NCBI GenBank assembly: GCA_951406725.2
Contig: OX597833.1
Coordinates: 17,918,001-17,982,000, forward strand
Direction of reading: 5' to 3'
From: Octopus vulgaris
Lineage: Eukaryota
Length of the DNA stretch: 64,000 bases
Every line of letters begins with the position of its first letter. The stretch's first letter is position 1. Positions 1 to 12,312 of the stretch are shown one piece after another. The position numbers and the translations under genes were made by a program. The notes beneath the pieces were generated by a model that was not told where the DNA came from, did not search any database, and worked only from the letters and a program-made list of their open reading frames with translations.

Positions 1-401
1 CAACGCTAGCGCTAGCACACACTCACACATATGTATGTGTGTATATATATATACATACATACACACACATATGTACATATGTATATATATATATATATAT
101 ATATAGGCATGTATGTTTGTATGTAAGTGTGTCCTTGTGTTTGTTCCATGCCATCGGAATTGGTTTGTTTACGTCTCCATAGCGTAGCGGTTCAGCAGAA
201 GAACAAGACAGAATAAGCAACCAGTCTTAAAATATTATTATTAGGGTCGATTTGTTCGACTAAACCCTTCAAGGCGGTACCCGTAACATCACCTCAGTCG
301 AATGACCGAAACAAGCAAAAACTTGAAATGCATATAATTCTTCTTTGAGCATCAAAGAATTTGACAATATTAAAAAGTTGGAAGCCATCTTTTATTTTTA
401 A

Positions 402-712
402 TTTGTTTCAGTCATTAGACTGCGGCCATGCTGGGGCACCACCTTGAAGAATCCTTAGTTTATTTCTTTTCAATCCTGGTACTTGTTCTATCGGACTCTT
501 TTTGCTGAACCGCTAAGTTACAGGGACGTAAACACACCAACACCGGTTGTCAAACTGGGGATTGGGGATATACACGCACACATATATACGATGGGTTTCT
601 TTCAATTTCCGTCTACCAAATCCACTCACAAGGCTTTGGTCGGTCCGAGGCTATAGTAGAAGACACTTGGCCAAGGTGCCACGCAGTGAGTCATGTGGTT
701 GGGAAGCAAGCC
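402..712 (-). mobile_element. tRNA-derived SINE family A, degenerate copy
   Basis: Reverse complement matches the body and tail of the intact copy at 4837-5262 (GACTGCGGCCATGCTGGGGCACC, CAAATCCACTCACAAGGCTTTGGTCGG). Confidence 0.85.
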
Positions 713-883
713 TCAATTTTTTTCAAATATCACAGTTTACCACATATTTTTCACTCCTCCCAACCATCACCCCAGGGGGCCTCCCTGCTTGAAAAGTACG
801 GGTATAGTCGACCAGCTGAAATAGTGATTACTCAATGCTGCCTCTGCCTGGTGCTGTAATAAATACTTCATCTACACACACAA

Positions 884-1550
884 AGGCGTAGATATGGCTG
901 TGTGGTTAAAAAGCTTTCTTTGCAACTACATGGCTTAGGTTCAGTCCCGCTGCGCAGCACCTTCTACAGATGTCTTCCACTATAACCCCTGGCCGACTAG
1001 TGCCTTGCCAGTGACTATGGTGGGCAGTATATATATATATACTCTTTTACACGTTTCAGTTATTTGACTGTGACCATGCTGGAGCACCGCCATTTAGTCG
1101 AGCAAATCGACCACAGGACTTATTCTTTGTAAGCCTAGTACTTATTTTATCGGTCTCTTTTAACGAACCGCTAAGTTACGGGGACGTAAATACACAAGCA
1201 TCAGTTGTCAAGCGATGTTGGGGGGACAAACACAGACACACAAACACACACACATATATATATTTGTACCCCTGTATGTATGTATGTATGTATGTATTAT
1301 GTATGTGTGTATGCATGTATGTATGCATGTATGTATGTATTATGTATGTGTGTATGCATGTGTGCGTGCGTGTGTGTGTGTGTTTGCCCACCACGACTTG
1401 ACATCCAGCATCGGTCAGTTGATGCCTCCGTAACTAAGTGGCTCGGCAAAAGAGGGCGATTAGTACTAGACTTAAGAAAACTAAGTGCTTGGGTTGATCG
1501 GTTCGTCTAAAATCATCAGAAGACTCCTTGAAGGGTATAAGATGATAAAA
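884..1550. mobile_element. Cluster of SINE A fragments: head (+) 884-1025, 3' half (-) 1041-1260, degraded 3' half (+) 1385-1550
   Basis: Similarity to the intact SINE A copies; fragments are separated by TA/TGTA microsatellites. Confidence 0.75.
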
Positions 1551-1879
1551 GGAGATAATCTGAATGACCGAACAGACAAGTGGAAGAACTCGGAGAAGCG
1601 GGTAAAGCCGGCTTTCTTAGTAAGAAAGAGAAGGAGAGAAAGAGAAAGAGAAAGAGAGAGAGAGAGAGAGAGGCTGTGGGGGGGTCTTTGAAAGGCCTTT
1701 CTAAAAGTTTCTTTGTTGATATTTTCACCAGAAACCTATCTGTTTGTCCTTTTTAGAATGAAATCCTCAACCTTCCCCTTTTTTTCTGTACTCCATCAAC
1801 TCGTACAATAATTAGATTAAGAAGGAGCGGGGTAGCTGTGGGTTTTCACAGTCGGTGGTGTTGCTCTTCCTACTGCTGC

Positions 1880-2215
1880 TACCACCACCACCACCATCAT
1901 CATCATCACCACCACCACCACTATCATCATCATCACCACCACCACCACCACCACCACCACTATCATCATCATCACCACCACCATCATCACCACCACCACC
2001 GTCATCGTCACCGCCGCCACCACCACCGCCACCACCACCGCCACCACCATCGCCACCACCGCCATCACCACCGCCACCACCAACACCACGACGACGACGA
2101 CCACCACCACCACCATCACCACCACCACCACCGCCGCCACCACCACCATCACCACCACCGCCATCACCACCGCCACCATCATCATCACCCCACCCACCAC
2201 CACCACCACCGCCGC
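1880..2215. repeat. Compound (CAC/CAT/CGC)n trinucleotide microsatellite
   Basis: Directly visible; translates as poly-His, poly-Pro, poly-Gly or poly-Val depending on frame. Confidence 0.95.
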
Positions 2216-2554
2216 TGCTCTTGTTATTGGTGTTGATTCTCTTTTTCTTTTGAAGGGTTGTTGTTGTTGCTACGGATCTTGCTGTGCTCATCTGTTTTCC
2301 AGTTGACGCCATTGTGATTGCGTGTTCAACTTGTTATTAATGTTGTTACGACTGTTTTGTTTTTGCTGTGATTTGTTATGCATAAGGGTTTCTCCTGGTA
2401 CTTTTGTGTTTGTCTGTGTGGCTTTTAGATCTTGTCGCTTAAGCTGTTGTCATTGTTTTGGTGGAGAGCCGTGTCCCCCATCAGTCGTTACCCTATCACA
2501 ACAAATAAAACCCCCTTATTTATTTTAAATAAAAGAAAACAGCAAGCAACAATA

Positions 2555-2690
2555 ATAGTTTCAAATTTTGGCACAAGGCCAGCAGTTTCGGGGGTGGGGT
2601 TAAGTCGATTGCATTAACCCCAGTGCTCAACTTGTACTTATTTTGTTGACCCCCGAAAGGACAAAAGGTAACGTCGACTTTGGGGGAATA
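2555..2690 (-). mobile_element. SINE family B, alternative-tail variant (B2), partial
   Basis: Central GACCCCGAAAGGA core plus the tail TTTCAAATTTTGGCACAAGGCC that recurs at 9195, 38304 and 49633. Confidence 0.75.
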
Positions 2691-2694
2691 TATA

Positions 2695-2929
2695 AAGGCG
2701 GCGAGCTGGCAGACACGTTAGCGCGCCGGGCGGAATGCTTAGCGGTATTTCGTCTGTCGATACGTTCTGAGTTCAAATTCCGCCGAGGTCGACTTTGCCT
2801 TTCATCCTTTCGGGGTCGATAAATAAAAGTACCAGTTTCGCACTGGGGTCGATGTAATCGACTTAATCCCTTTGTCTGTCCTCGTTTGTCCTCTCTATGT
2901 TTAGCCCCTTGTGGGCAATAAAGAAATAT
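2695..2929 (+). mobile_element. tRNA-derived SINE family B, full length
   Basis: Pol III A-box-like TGGCAGACACG and B-box GAGTTCAAATTCC; central GTCGACTTTGCCTTTCATCCTTTCGGGGTCGAT (resembles the Meta-type SINE domain, from memory); tail GTGGGCAATAAAGAAATA. Confidence 0.9.
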
Positions 2930-2947
2930 AAATATATATATATATAT

Positions 2948-3285
2948 GAGACCCCCTTCGGTCACGACACTGGCCATGGGATTGCACCTAGAAAGTTACC
3001 CTCCCAGACACAAGTTCGGGCAAGGTTGTTTATGGAAGACCAGCAGTCACCCATGCATACCGGCCTCCCCTCTCCACGACACCAGTGTTATCCAAGGGAA
3101 AGGCAAAGGGGGCCGGTACAGCTTGGCACCTGTGACGTCGCAACTCATTTCTACAGCTGAGTGAACTGCAGCAACGTGAAATAAAGTGTCTTGCTCAAGA
3201 GCACAACACGCAGCCCGGTCCGGGATTCGAGCTGACTACCTCACGATCGTAAGCTCAACGCTCTAACTACTGATCCATGCACCTT

Positions 3286-3287
<2 letters not shown>
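2948..3287 (-). mobile_element. tRNA-derived SINE: head C + tail E
   Basis: Reverse complement starts TGAAGGTGCATGGATCAGTAGTTAGAGCG...CTTGAGCAAGACACTTTATTTCACG; homologous to 37818-38124 and 33460-34178. Confidence 0.85.
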
Positions 3288-3318
<31 letters not shown>

Positions 3319-3325
3319 GTGTACC

Positions 3326-3359
3326 TTTCTGTAGAAGAGCGTAGGCTCGAAACGTAAAA
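3326..3359 (+). ncRNA. Minimal hammerhead-ribozyme-like motif (variant core CUGUAGA) in a TA-flanked Penelope-like terminal fragment (3320-3451)
   Basis: UUU-CUGUAGA-A-GAGC(GUAG)GCUC-GAA-ACGU-A-AAA: stem I 3 bp, stem II 4 bp, palindromic ACGU stem III, GUA site. Confidence 0.55.
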
Positions 3360-3447
3360 TACTTTTTCTATTCCTGAGCGTTATACTAATACATCTGTTT
3401 GTTTTGTACACCACCAGTCTTCGTCTTTTGTTTTTTTCGTATACTCT

Positions 3448-3531
<84 letters not shown>

Positions 3532-4281
3532 TCAGTGAAATTGTGAATCTGAAGTTAATATACGTGAAAGAAATAAGGAGTGAGAAGGAGAGAGAAAAGG
3601 AAAGATGAAGGAGGGAGACAAATAGTGTGATGAGTTGGGGAGAGGAGATAAACTTTAGAATGTGACAGAACGGTCGGAGTGTCAAGGATGTGGAATTATT
3701 GGACAAAATATTAGACTAACTTGAATAAAACAGTAACGAAATTCTTGCCAACCTTAGAGGATATGATAGAAAGACGGTAAAGCAGAGAAAATGAAAGAAC
3801 TTGACAAATGTTATAGGATATGTGTTGTTTCTCTCCTCCTGACAGTAAATAATTTATACAAGTCATAGCAGTTGTGTCAAAAGAGATTAGCAACAAGTCA
3901 AGTAAACCGAGAACATAAAAGATAAATACCTTCGTCGAAATGACGGTTAGATGGTAGCGTCATGAGCGTGAGATGAAAAAGCGAGTGAACAACGGCTCCT
4001 TAAAGAAGGTACGTTAAGAAAAGAAAGTGTCATTAATACAGTAGAAAGAATATACAGAATGAAAAAGGAAATGAGAAGAATAAACGATGTAACTGAAGAA
4101 CTGGAGTAAAAGAGTAACGGCAAAGGTAGCTAAGGTAAAGAACGCGGTATGAGAAAAGAATGGATCAGTTTCTGCCGAGCAGGTTGTTTGAAAATAGTCT
4201 GGAGAGATTGTTTGAAAAAATTGGCGGGGGAGAAAGAAGCAACGATGGTGTATCAAGTGCTGAGAGAAGAGCAGAAAGTTT

Positions 4282-4694
4282 GGATCTTTTCGGTTTGAAC
4301 GGCAGTTTTTTTCTCGCGGTGTCATATGAAATTGTCACCCATAATTATGACCCTAGTATCGATCTATTGCATTTCAATCTGTTTTAGGTTTAGGGGTGGG
4401 GGGAAGGGTATATTTTTTTTCTTCACAAATGTAAATAAACCCAATCTGTTTCTTAAACGAGGGACATATTCATACGGCAGAAAATGTTATTTACCTCAAT
4501 AAACGTCAGTGATTGGTTGAAATTGCAGAAATTGAAGACAAAAAACAACAAATATCTTACAAACTATAGAATTTTCTCAAGAATCCAAGAGAAAAAGATA
4601 TTTTATAAACGCATTCTACCAGTATACAAAGTTAAAAAATTTTTTAGTTACCTAGAAATTATGTAAAAAACTGCCGTTCAAACCGAAAAGATCC
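4282..4694. mobile_element. Non-autonomous DNA transposon (MITE) with GG termini and 8-bp TSD, possibly Merlin-like
   Basis: TIR GGATCTTTTCGGTTTGAACGGCAGTTTTT / AAAAACTGCCGTTCAAACCGAAAAGATCC; perfect TSD GAAAGTTT at 4274-4281 and 4695-4702; second copy at 39653-40030. Confidence 0.9.
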
Positions 4695-4836
4695 GAAAGT
4701 TTTGGAATGAGCAAGAAGATAACCAGAATAAGGAGACAAGGCAGATAGTTGTAGACAACGAATTAACACGAGTAAAACAATAGGTCAACATAGGAATCAC
4801 TTCAGAGCTCAAAGAAAAATAAGCTTAAAAATTGTC

Positions 4837-5004
4837 CAGGAGTGGCTGTGTGGTAAGTAGCTGGTTTACCAACCACGTGGTTCTGGGTTCAGTCCCACTG
4901 CGTGGCACCTTGGGTAAGTGTCTTCTACTATAGCCTCGGGCCGACCAAAGCCTTGTGAGTGGATTTTGTAGACGGAAACTGAAAGAAGCCCGTCGTATAT
5001 ATGC

Positions 5005-5035
<31 letters not shown>

Positions 5036-5262
5036 CGTGTGTGTGTTTGTGTGTCTGTGTTTGTCCCCCTAGCATTGCTTGACAACCGTTGCTGGTGTGT
5101 TTATGTCCCCGTTACTTAGCGGTTCGGCAAAAGAGACCGATAGAATAAGTACTGGGCTTACAAAAAAATAAGTTCCGGGGTCGAGTTGCTCGACTAAAGG
5201 CGGTGCTCCGGCATGGCCGCAGTCAAATGACTGAAACAAGTAAAAGAGTAAAGAGTAAAGAG
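4837..5262 (+). mobile_element. SINE family A, near-intact reference copy
   Basis: A-box TGGCTGTGTGG, B-box GGTTCAGTCCC, internal (TA)(TG) microsatellite, tail GCATGGCCGCAGTCAAATGACTGAAACAAG followed by (TAAAAGAG)-type repeats. Confidence 0.93.
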
Positions 5263-5714
5263 AGGTGGTTATTCACACTTAGTGGCGGGCCGAAAGTAAC
5301 ATATACCTGTAAGGTCGGCTAGAGGTGGGGAATGCTTACATCATGATCATGATCATCATCATCATCTGTTACCGTGTGACCGTCAGGTGTTGCCCTGATT
5401 CAGGTCTGACTGGACTGAAGGTACCCGGACCGGACGGTCGGTCCGCTAGGTCTCCAGCGAAAGAACATTAAAACGCTCAAACAACAACAACAATTATAAT
5501 TGTTTCTAATTATAGCACAAGACCAGAAATTTTGAGAGGAGGGGCAAGCAAACAAATCGACCCCACTTTTCAGTTAGTAGTTTTTTGCTTTTTTTTTATC
5601 GACCCCGAAAGGATTAAAAGATGAAGTTGAACACGGCGGTATTTGAATACGGAAGTGCTGGAAGAAATGCCATTGAGTATTTAGTCCGATGCGCTCGGCA
5701 CCTTTTTTTTTTTT

Positions 5715-6017
5715 TGCGCCCTTTTCAAGTCTAGCCAGGCTCATGGGCCCGGTTTCCCGGTTTCTATGGCGTATGTGGTCCCCCCAGCTGGACGGGATGC
5801 CAGTCCATCGCAGCATTACTCAAGAAACAGGAAGAAAGAGTGAGAGAAAGTTGGGACGAAAGAGTACAACAGGGGTCGCCACCTCCCCGTGCCGAAGCCT
5901 CGTGGAGCTTTAGGTGTTTTCCCTCAATAAACACACACAACGCCCGGTCTGGGAATCAAAACTGCGATCCTCCGACCAAGAGTCAGCTGCCCTAACCACT
6001 GGGCCATTGAGCCTCCA
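5715..6017 (-). mobile_element. tRNA-derived SINE: head D + V-like tail
   Basis: Reverse complement head TGGAGGCTCAATGGCCCAGTGGTTAGGGCAGC...GATTCCCAGACCGGGCG; contains CTGCGATGGACTGGCATCCCGTCCAG, which resembles the V-SINE domain. Confidence 0.85.
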
Positions 6018-6529
6018 CTCGACGCCTTAACAACACCAATAAATCTTTCTGTTATTGGCACAAAACCTAAAATTTTGTGGAAGAGGGCAAGTCGATTTCA
6101 CCTGTTTTATCGACTCTGAAAGGATGAAAGGTAAAGTCGACCTCGGCGGGATTTGAACTCAGGACGTAAAGTAGGGTTGACAAAAAGATCGAAGATAGTA
6201 CATGACGATACAGTGTGGGGCTACAAAGAAAAGAGTGTGTAAAAAAGAAAATAACAGAAGCAAAAAAAAAAATGCAACAAAGAATAATACCTCAAATGAT
6301 AGGGAGACCCCTGAGAGCTACTGGTGGAAAGCTTAGGAAACTAAGGTCAGCCTGACCACTAAGCCAAGTATTCTATCCCAGTTGTCCTCCAACCTCCCGG
6401 CATATGTTCAGAGTTCAGGGCAGGCCTATTCACCCGGACTATGCTCGCCATTCCAATCCATATTTCAATAAATGTGTTGGGAGGCAGCACTTCCCTCTCC
6501 ACTCTCACTTTCCTTCTTTAAGATGCAGA

Positions 6530-6985
6530 CTCTTCAACCCAGTCAGACCCGAATCAGTGTAACACATGACGGTCACACGGTAACAGATGATGATGATAAT
6601 GATGATGTAAGCGCTCCCTACTTCTAGCCGACCTTACAGAGATATCTTTCTCTCGGTCCACCACTAGGTATGACTAACCACCCTGGACAAGCGTCTCAGT
6701 TTTTCGTTTTTCTCTACTTGAAGATCTGGACAAAACTAGACCCGCCTCACTTTCCTTTTCAAGTCCCTTCTACAAAACGTAAACTCTTCAACCCAATCAA
6801 ACGTGAACTGGGGCAAGACATGATGCTCAGACAGTAACAGATGATAACAATGTCGGTCTTCGCCATCCCGAGCCAACTTCTCAAAGACAGCTTCCTCTCG
6901 ACCAACTTCTAGGTGAGTCTAGCCACCCGGGACATCACTACATCGCAGTTTTTCTCAAATTGGAGATCTGGATAAAAATAGATCC
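6530..6985 (+). repeat. Two diverged ~255-bp tandem units, homologous (inverted) to 5263-5420
   Basis: CTCTTCAACCCA...GTAACAGATGAT...AGATCTGGA recurs at about 6530 and 6785. Confidence 0.65.
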
Positions 6986-7134
6986 GAGCAATTTAAATGG
7001 TTCGTCTATCAATCTGGGATACTTTTCTATTTGTTGTTGTACCTCTTGCTCTGTTTTCCAACTTCTCTATCTTTTACAGTTGTGAATTATGGATTTGTGG
7101 TTGGTTTCTTGTCGAGTGGATTCTGAGATTTTTT

Positions 7135-7368
7135 TTTCTTCTTTACTACCCACAAGGGATTAAACACAGAGGGGACAAACAAGGACAGACAAACGGATTA
7201 AGTCGATTACATCGACTCCAGTGCGTAACTGGTACTTAATTTATCGACCCCGAAAGGATGAAAGGCAAACTCGACCTCGGCGGAATTTGAACTCAGAACG
7301 TAACGACAGACGAAATACGGCTACGCATTTCGCCTGGCGTGCTAACGTTTCTGCCAGCTCGCCGCCTT
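7135..7368 (-). mobile_element. SINE family B, full length
   Basis: Reverse complement of 2695-2929. Confidence 0.9.
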
Positions 7369-8045
7369 TGATTCTGAGATATTTAACGATACATTTCGGC
7401 CAGGCCTCGAGAGGAGATTCTTCGCATTCTTTAATTCCTGGGTGGATAAAAGAAAATGCTTTCTTTTCACCGTTCGGCATTAGCAAAAGACAGTGAGCAC
7501 TTGATTTATTAATCGCAGTGATATGATTTCTTAATCATGATGGTGGTGGTGAAGGCGGTAGAGGTGGTGGCAGCGGCAGCAGTGGTAGTGGTAGAGGTGG
7601 TGGGGACGCGGTGGTATCGGTGATGGTGGCTGCGTGTAATTTGCTGGTGTTCTGAAGCGGCAGTTTAAATTTTCTTTCTGTTTCTCACTTTCGTTGATGT
7701 TTTGGTCGGCATATATGGTAGTAATAGCAGGGGGTTGTGACGCTTTGGTTTAACACAGTGTGTGTGTGAGTGTGTGTGTGTGTGGTGGGGAGCCGTGGTA
7801 ACACTGCTGCTGCTCTTCCAATCATTGTTCGTACTCCCTTGGCTTCCCACCGAAAAATTCGACACCATGCCTTTTAAAATTTTTAAACGAAATATATGCA
7901 AATTTGACAGAAATAATCACAAATTCCAACTCCACCCGAAGAACGAAAATACAACAGAACTGAGAATCTCATCAAAATCTTTTGCAACACAAAGAGCGAA
8001 CATTTTCAACGCGGATCTCTTGAAAAACAGTTAAAATTAAGAATG

Positions 8046-8218
8046 AGGTGTAGGAGCGGCTGTGTGGTAAGTAGCTTGCTTACCAACCACATGGTTCCGG
8101 GTTCAGTCCCACTGCGTGGCACTTTGGGCAAGTGTCTTCTACTATAGCCTCGGGCCGACCAAAGTCTTGTGAGTGGATTTGGTAGACGGAAACTGAATGA
8201 AGCCTGTCGTATATATGT

Positions 8219-8263
<45 letters not shown>

Positions 8264-8373
8264 CATATATATAATAACAATAATAATAATAATAATAATA
8301 TGAGGGAATAATATTTCAAACTTACAGGGAAAAATTCAATTTAGAAATACTAAATTAAATTTCACAAAATATA

Positions 8374-8461
<88 letters not shown>

Positions 8462-8663
8462 CTGTGTTTGTCCCCACCAACATCGCTTGACAACCGATGG
8501 TGGTGTTTACGTCCCCGTAAATTAGCGGTTCGGCAAAAAGAGACCGATAGAATAAGTACTAGGCTTACAAAGAATAAGTCCTGCAGTCGATTTGCTCGAC
8601 TAAAGATGGTGCTCCGGCATGGCCACAGTCAAATGACTGAAACAAGTAAAAGAGTAAAGAGTA
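8046..8663 (+). mobile_element. SINE family A with an extra ~100-bp insert in its internal microsatellite
   Basis: Head at 8046 and tail at 8663; foreign AT-rich insert at about 8270-8380. Confidence 0.9.
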
Positions 8664-8719
8664 ATGAACCTAAGATTGATGGAAAGCGATGAGTTACAGA
8701 CCCCAAAATAACAATAAAT

Positions 8720-9385
8720 AATTTGTTTCTAATTTTGGCACAAAGCCCGAAGAGTTGAGAAGTGCCTTTATTTATCGACCCCACAGGGTTAAATAGTAAT
8801 AATCTGTTCTTATTTTGGCATGAGGGCAGCAATTTTGGGGGTGTGGAAGTTCATTAAATCGACCCAGGTACTTGTTTTATCGACCTCGGAAGGATGAAAG
8901 GAAAAGTCGACCTCAATGAAATTTGTATTCAGAATAAAGAGCTGGAAGAAATACCTATTTCTTTACTACCCACAAGGGGCTAAACACAGAGGACAAACAA
9001 GGACAGACAAACGGATTAAGTCGATTATATCGACCCCAGTGCGTAATCGGTACTTATTTAATCGACCCCGAAAGGATGAAAGGCAAAGTCGACTTCGGCG
9101 GAATTTGAACTCAGAACGTAGCAGCAGACGAAATACCGCTAAGCATTTTCTCCGGCAAGGTAACGATTCTGCCAGCAGGCCACTTTGATAATGGTTTCAA
9201 ATTTTGACACAAGGCCAGCAATTTCGGGGGAGGGGTTAAATCGATTACATCGACTCCACTGTTCAGCCGATACCTAGCGGTTCGGCAAAAATAGATCGAT
9301 TGAATAAGTACTGGGGTCTATCCGTTCGACTAAAAATTCTTCAAGGCGGTGCCCCAGCGTGGGCGCAGTCTAATGACTGAAAGAT
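8720..9385 (-). mobile_element. Cluster of SINE B/B2 copies (includes a GAAATACCTATTTC junction near 8949) ending in a SINE A tail fragment
   Basis: Repeated TCGACCCCGAAAGGATGAAAGGCAAAGTCGAC core and TTTTGGCACAA tails. Confidence 0.8.
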
Positions 9386-9519
9386 TATAAAATGACTCGG
9401 AAAAAAAGTCGAAAACTTCAGTGGAAATTAAAAAAATAGAGAATACCCTCTAGCTACATATGCTATGCTAATATTATACTCACACTTTATGAATTCCTAA
9501 ACTTACCTAAAATTGATGT

Positions 9520-10043
9520 GTATCTATCCTCCTTTATCACTGTTTCATCACTAGTCCGGAAAAACGAGCTACGCTCAATTGTGAATCATGTTATGTTTAT
9601 CAAAGATTGATCTGTGATAACACGGCTCGGTGATCAGTTGAAGATTCTGATTGTACCGCAAAAGCTTTCTCCCACAAAATGCGACCACCCACTATGCTCA
9701 GCTACCCAGAATGCACTGACTAGCGCTTCTGTTTACATGACCGTGATGTGAGGCTGCGTGTTTCTTCTACGAATTTGCACACATGAACCAGTGGACTGTA
9801 AAAGAAAGAAAAATACGAAGGCGCCTGATCCTAACAAATGACTCAGATGAAAGTAGAAATGATCAAGAAAAAACGCCACAGTAGAAACCTCGCTGCTGTG
9901 GGCTGCGAATTTGGTGGCAGTGAATCTACTATTTATTCCATTTACAAAATGCATAGGGACGATATATTTGTCACTGATTCAGTTATCACGTCTTTTTCTT
10001 ACTTTATTTTTTCCAAATGCCCGTGATAAACGAGGATAGATTG
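9520..10043 (+). mobile_element. Tigger/pogo-like internally deleted transposon retaining the N-terminal CENP-B/psq-type HTH
   Basis: Imperfect TIRs GTATCTATCCTCCTTTATCACTG / CCGTGATAAACGAGGATAGATTG (19/23); peptide MKVEMIKK...LAAVGCEFGGSESTIYSIYK (ORF 9838-10026) fits the pogo HTH pattern. Confidence 0.7.
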
Positions 10044-10071
10044 AATTTCTAAAGCGACCTGTGTTGTCTGC

Positions 10072-10116
<45 letters not shown>

Positions 10117-10593
10117 TAATTAAGGGTATCTAAAAGATACTATCATGCTAGAGATAGCAGTCAAAAATTGACTCTAAAACCACATCAAATATTCATACAT
10201 GCCCTTATGCACCTATGATGATAGGTACACATGAGAATTCATAGACAGGGTAGACGTGGTGTAAGCTCCGTATTAATTCGCCACAGATGTTCTCTTTTTC
10301 CTGGACTTTTCATTTTACATGTATGTATGTATGTATGTATGTATGTATGTATGTATGTATGTATGTATGTATGTATGTATGTTTTATACTTCGCCGAATT
10401 TGCCTAGAAAACATTCACGCGTCGAACCACTCGAATGTTCAGAACTTACTACAGCTAGAAATATATCCCTAAAGACACATCACACGTGCAAGGAGCCGTA
10501 TAGTTAATCCGATCTAGCGAGGGAGAAAAAAAACATCAGAGTAGCATGTTTATTTGTGGATGAGGAACTGGAACAACAGAAAGAAGGCTCATT

Positions 10594-10639
10594 ACGATAC
10601 GGTTTCCTAGTCCGAAATGTTCAACTAGTCATCAATCGT
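10594..10639 (-). ncRNA. Type-I hammerhead ribozyme motif (core UUGAUGA)
   Basis: Minus strand: ACGA-UUGAUGA-CUAGUU(gaacauuucg)GACUAG-GAA-AC(c)GU-A-UCGU; stem I 4 bp, stem II 6 bp, GUA site; adjacent to (TA)n. Confidence 0.7.
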
Positions 10640-10645
10640 TGGCCG

Positions 10646-10713
<68 letters not shown>

Positions 10714-10714
10714 C

Positions 10715-10905
10715 CTTTTACTTGTTTCAGTCATTTGACTGCGGCCATGCTGGAGCACCGCCTTTAGTCGAGCAAATCGACCCCGGAACTTATTCTTTGT
10801 AAGCCCAGTACTTATTCTATCGGTCTTCTTTTGCCGAACCGCTAAGTGACGGGGACGTAAACACACCAGCATCGGTTGTCAGGCAATGCTAGGGGAACAA
10901 ACACA

Positions 10906-10969
<64 letters not shown>

Positions 10970-11135
10970 AATATATACGACGGGCTTCTTTCAGTTTCCG
11001 TCTACCAAATCCACTCACAAGGCATTGGTCGGCCCGGGGCTATAGCAGAAGACACTTGCCCAAGATGCCACGCAGTGGGACTGAACCCGGAACCATGTGG
11101 CTGGTAAGCAAGCTACTTACCACACAGTCGCTCCT
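10715..11135 (-). mobile_element. SINE family A, full length
   Basis: Reverse complement of 4837-5262. Confidence 0.93.
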
Positions 11136-11151
11136 ATATATATATATATAG

Positions 11152-11232
<81 letters not shown>

Positions 11233-11249
11233 GAAATTAAATATAAAAT

Positions 11250-11399
11250 ATAAATTACAAAGTGGGACAAGAACGCAAAAACACACAAAGAGACGACACA
11301 AAAAAAAACAGACGGATCACTCGAAGCCTCTAATCTTCAGTCGGAACCGGATCATCTTAGCAATTTCGGCTGTTTAATCTCGATATCGCTCCGATCCCG

Positions 11400-11403
<4 letters not shown>
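11250..11403. mobile_element. TA-flanked interspersed repeat (probable Penelope-like terminal fragment); other copies at 32420-32615 (inverted) and 61645-61750
   Basis: Shared ACAAA.TGGGACAAGAACGCAAAA...GAAGCCTCTAATCTTCAGTC. Confidence 0.6.
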
Positions 11404-11482
<79 letters not shown>

Positions 11483-11756
11483 TTCTTTAATTACAGTTAA
11501 AGACGTTTTGGGATTTTGTTTGTCATTTGTTCTTTCTTACGCTTCTTAATTTGTTATGTTTTTTTAAAAGGTTATAGAAGGCAAGCTGCTCGTTGCCAGC
11601 TTTAGCTTTTCCTTTCAAAATACTGTCACAGATATAGTTTATAAGATGGAGTCATGCTTCAGACACACATTTATCTCGTTCGTTCAAATACGAAAAACTC
11701 GGATGGTTACCATCTGTGAGAAGATTTATTCCGCTAGACTATCAACAAAAACGTAC

Positions 11757-11798
11757 CTACATACGTACATACACACACACACACACATACACACACAC

Positions 11799-11829
<31 letters not shown>

Positions 11830-11941
11830 CATACAGATATATATATATACATACACATATATATATACAGATATATATATATATATATATGCACACACAC
11901 ACACATATATATATACATATATATGTATATTTATATATATG

Positions 11942-11990
<49 letters not shown>

Positions 11991-12169
11991 AAATATATAT
12001 ATATATAAATAAATATAAAGATGTGTATATATATATGATATGTATACATATATATATATATGTATATTTATATATATGTATATACATATATATATGTATA
12101 TATAAAATAAAATAAAACATATATATATAAATATATAGATGTGTATATATATGATATGTAAGTATATGC

Positions 12170-12238
<69 letters not shown>

Positions 12239-12312
12239 GTATGTGTGGGCGTATGTGTGCGTGTGTTGTGTGTGTATCTGTACATATGTACACACACACA
12301 CACATACATATA
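11757..12312. repeat. Compound (TA)n/(CA)n/(TACA)n microsatellite tract
   Basis: Directly visible. Confidence 0.95.

Larger units (their letters stand above)
3530..5470 (-). mobile_element. Highly degraded retroelement-like sequence (purine-rich on +) hosting a MITE and a SINE A
   Basis: Strong GA skew; 5263-5420 is an inverted homologue of 6530-6682; no recognisable protein motif recovered. Confidence 0.35.

Noticed and set aside
1812-2312. 166-aa Gly/Asp-rich ORF (and His-, Pro- and Val-rich ORFs in other frames)
   Set aside because: Open frames are explained by a stop-free trinucleotide microsatellite; no domain or splice evidence. A real low-complexity exon cannot be fully excluded without RNA-seq.
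10876-11151. Recurring peptide RRASFSFRLPNPLTRLWSARGYSRRHLPKVPRSGTEPGTMW in many ORFs
   Set aside because: Antisense translation of the SINE A head, not a gene family.
11300-11345. Hammerhead in the 11250/32420/61645 family (CUGAAGA...GAAU)
   Set aside because: A core-like heptamer is present, but GAAA and stems I and III could not be closed.
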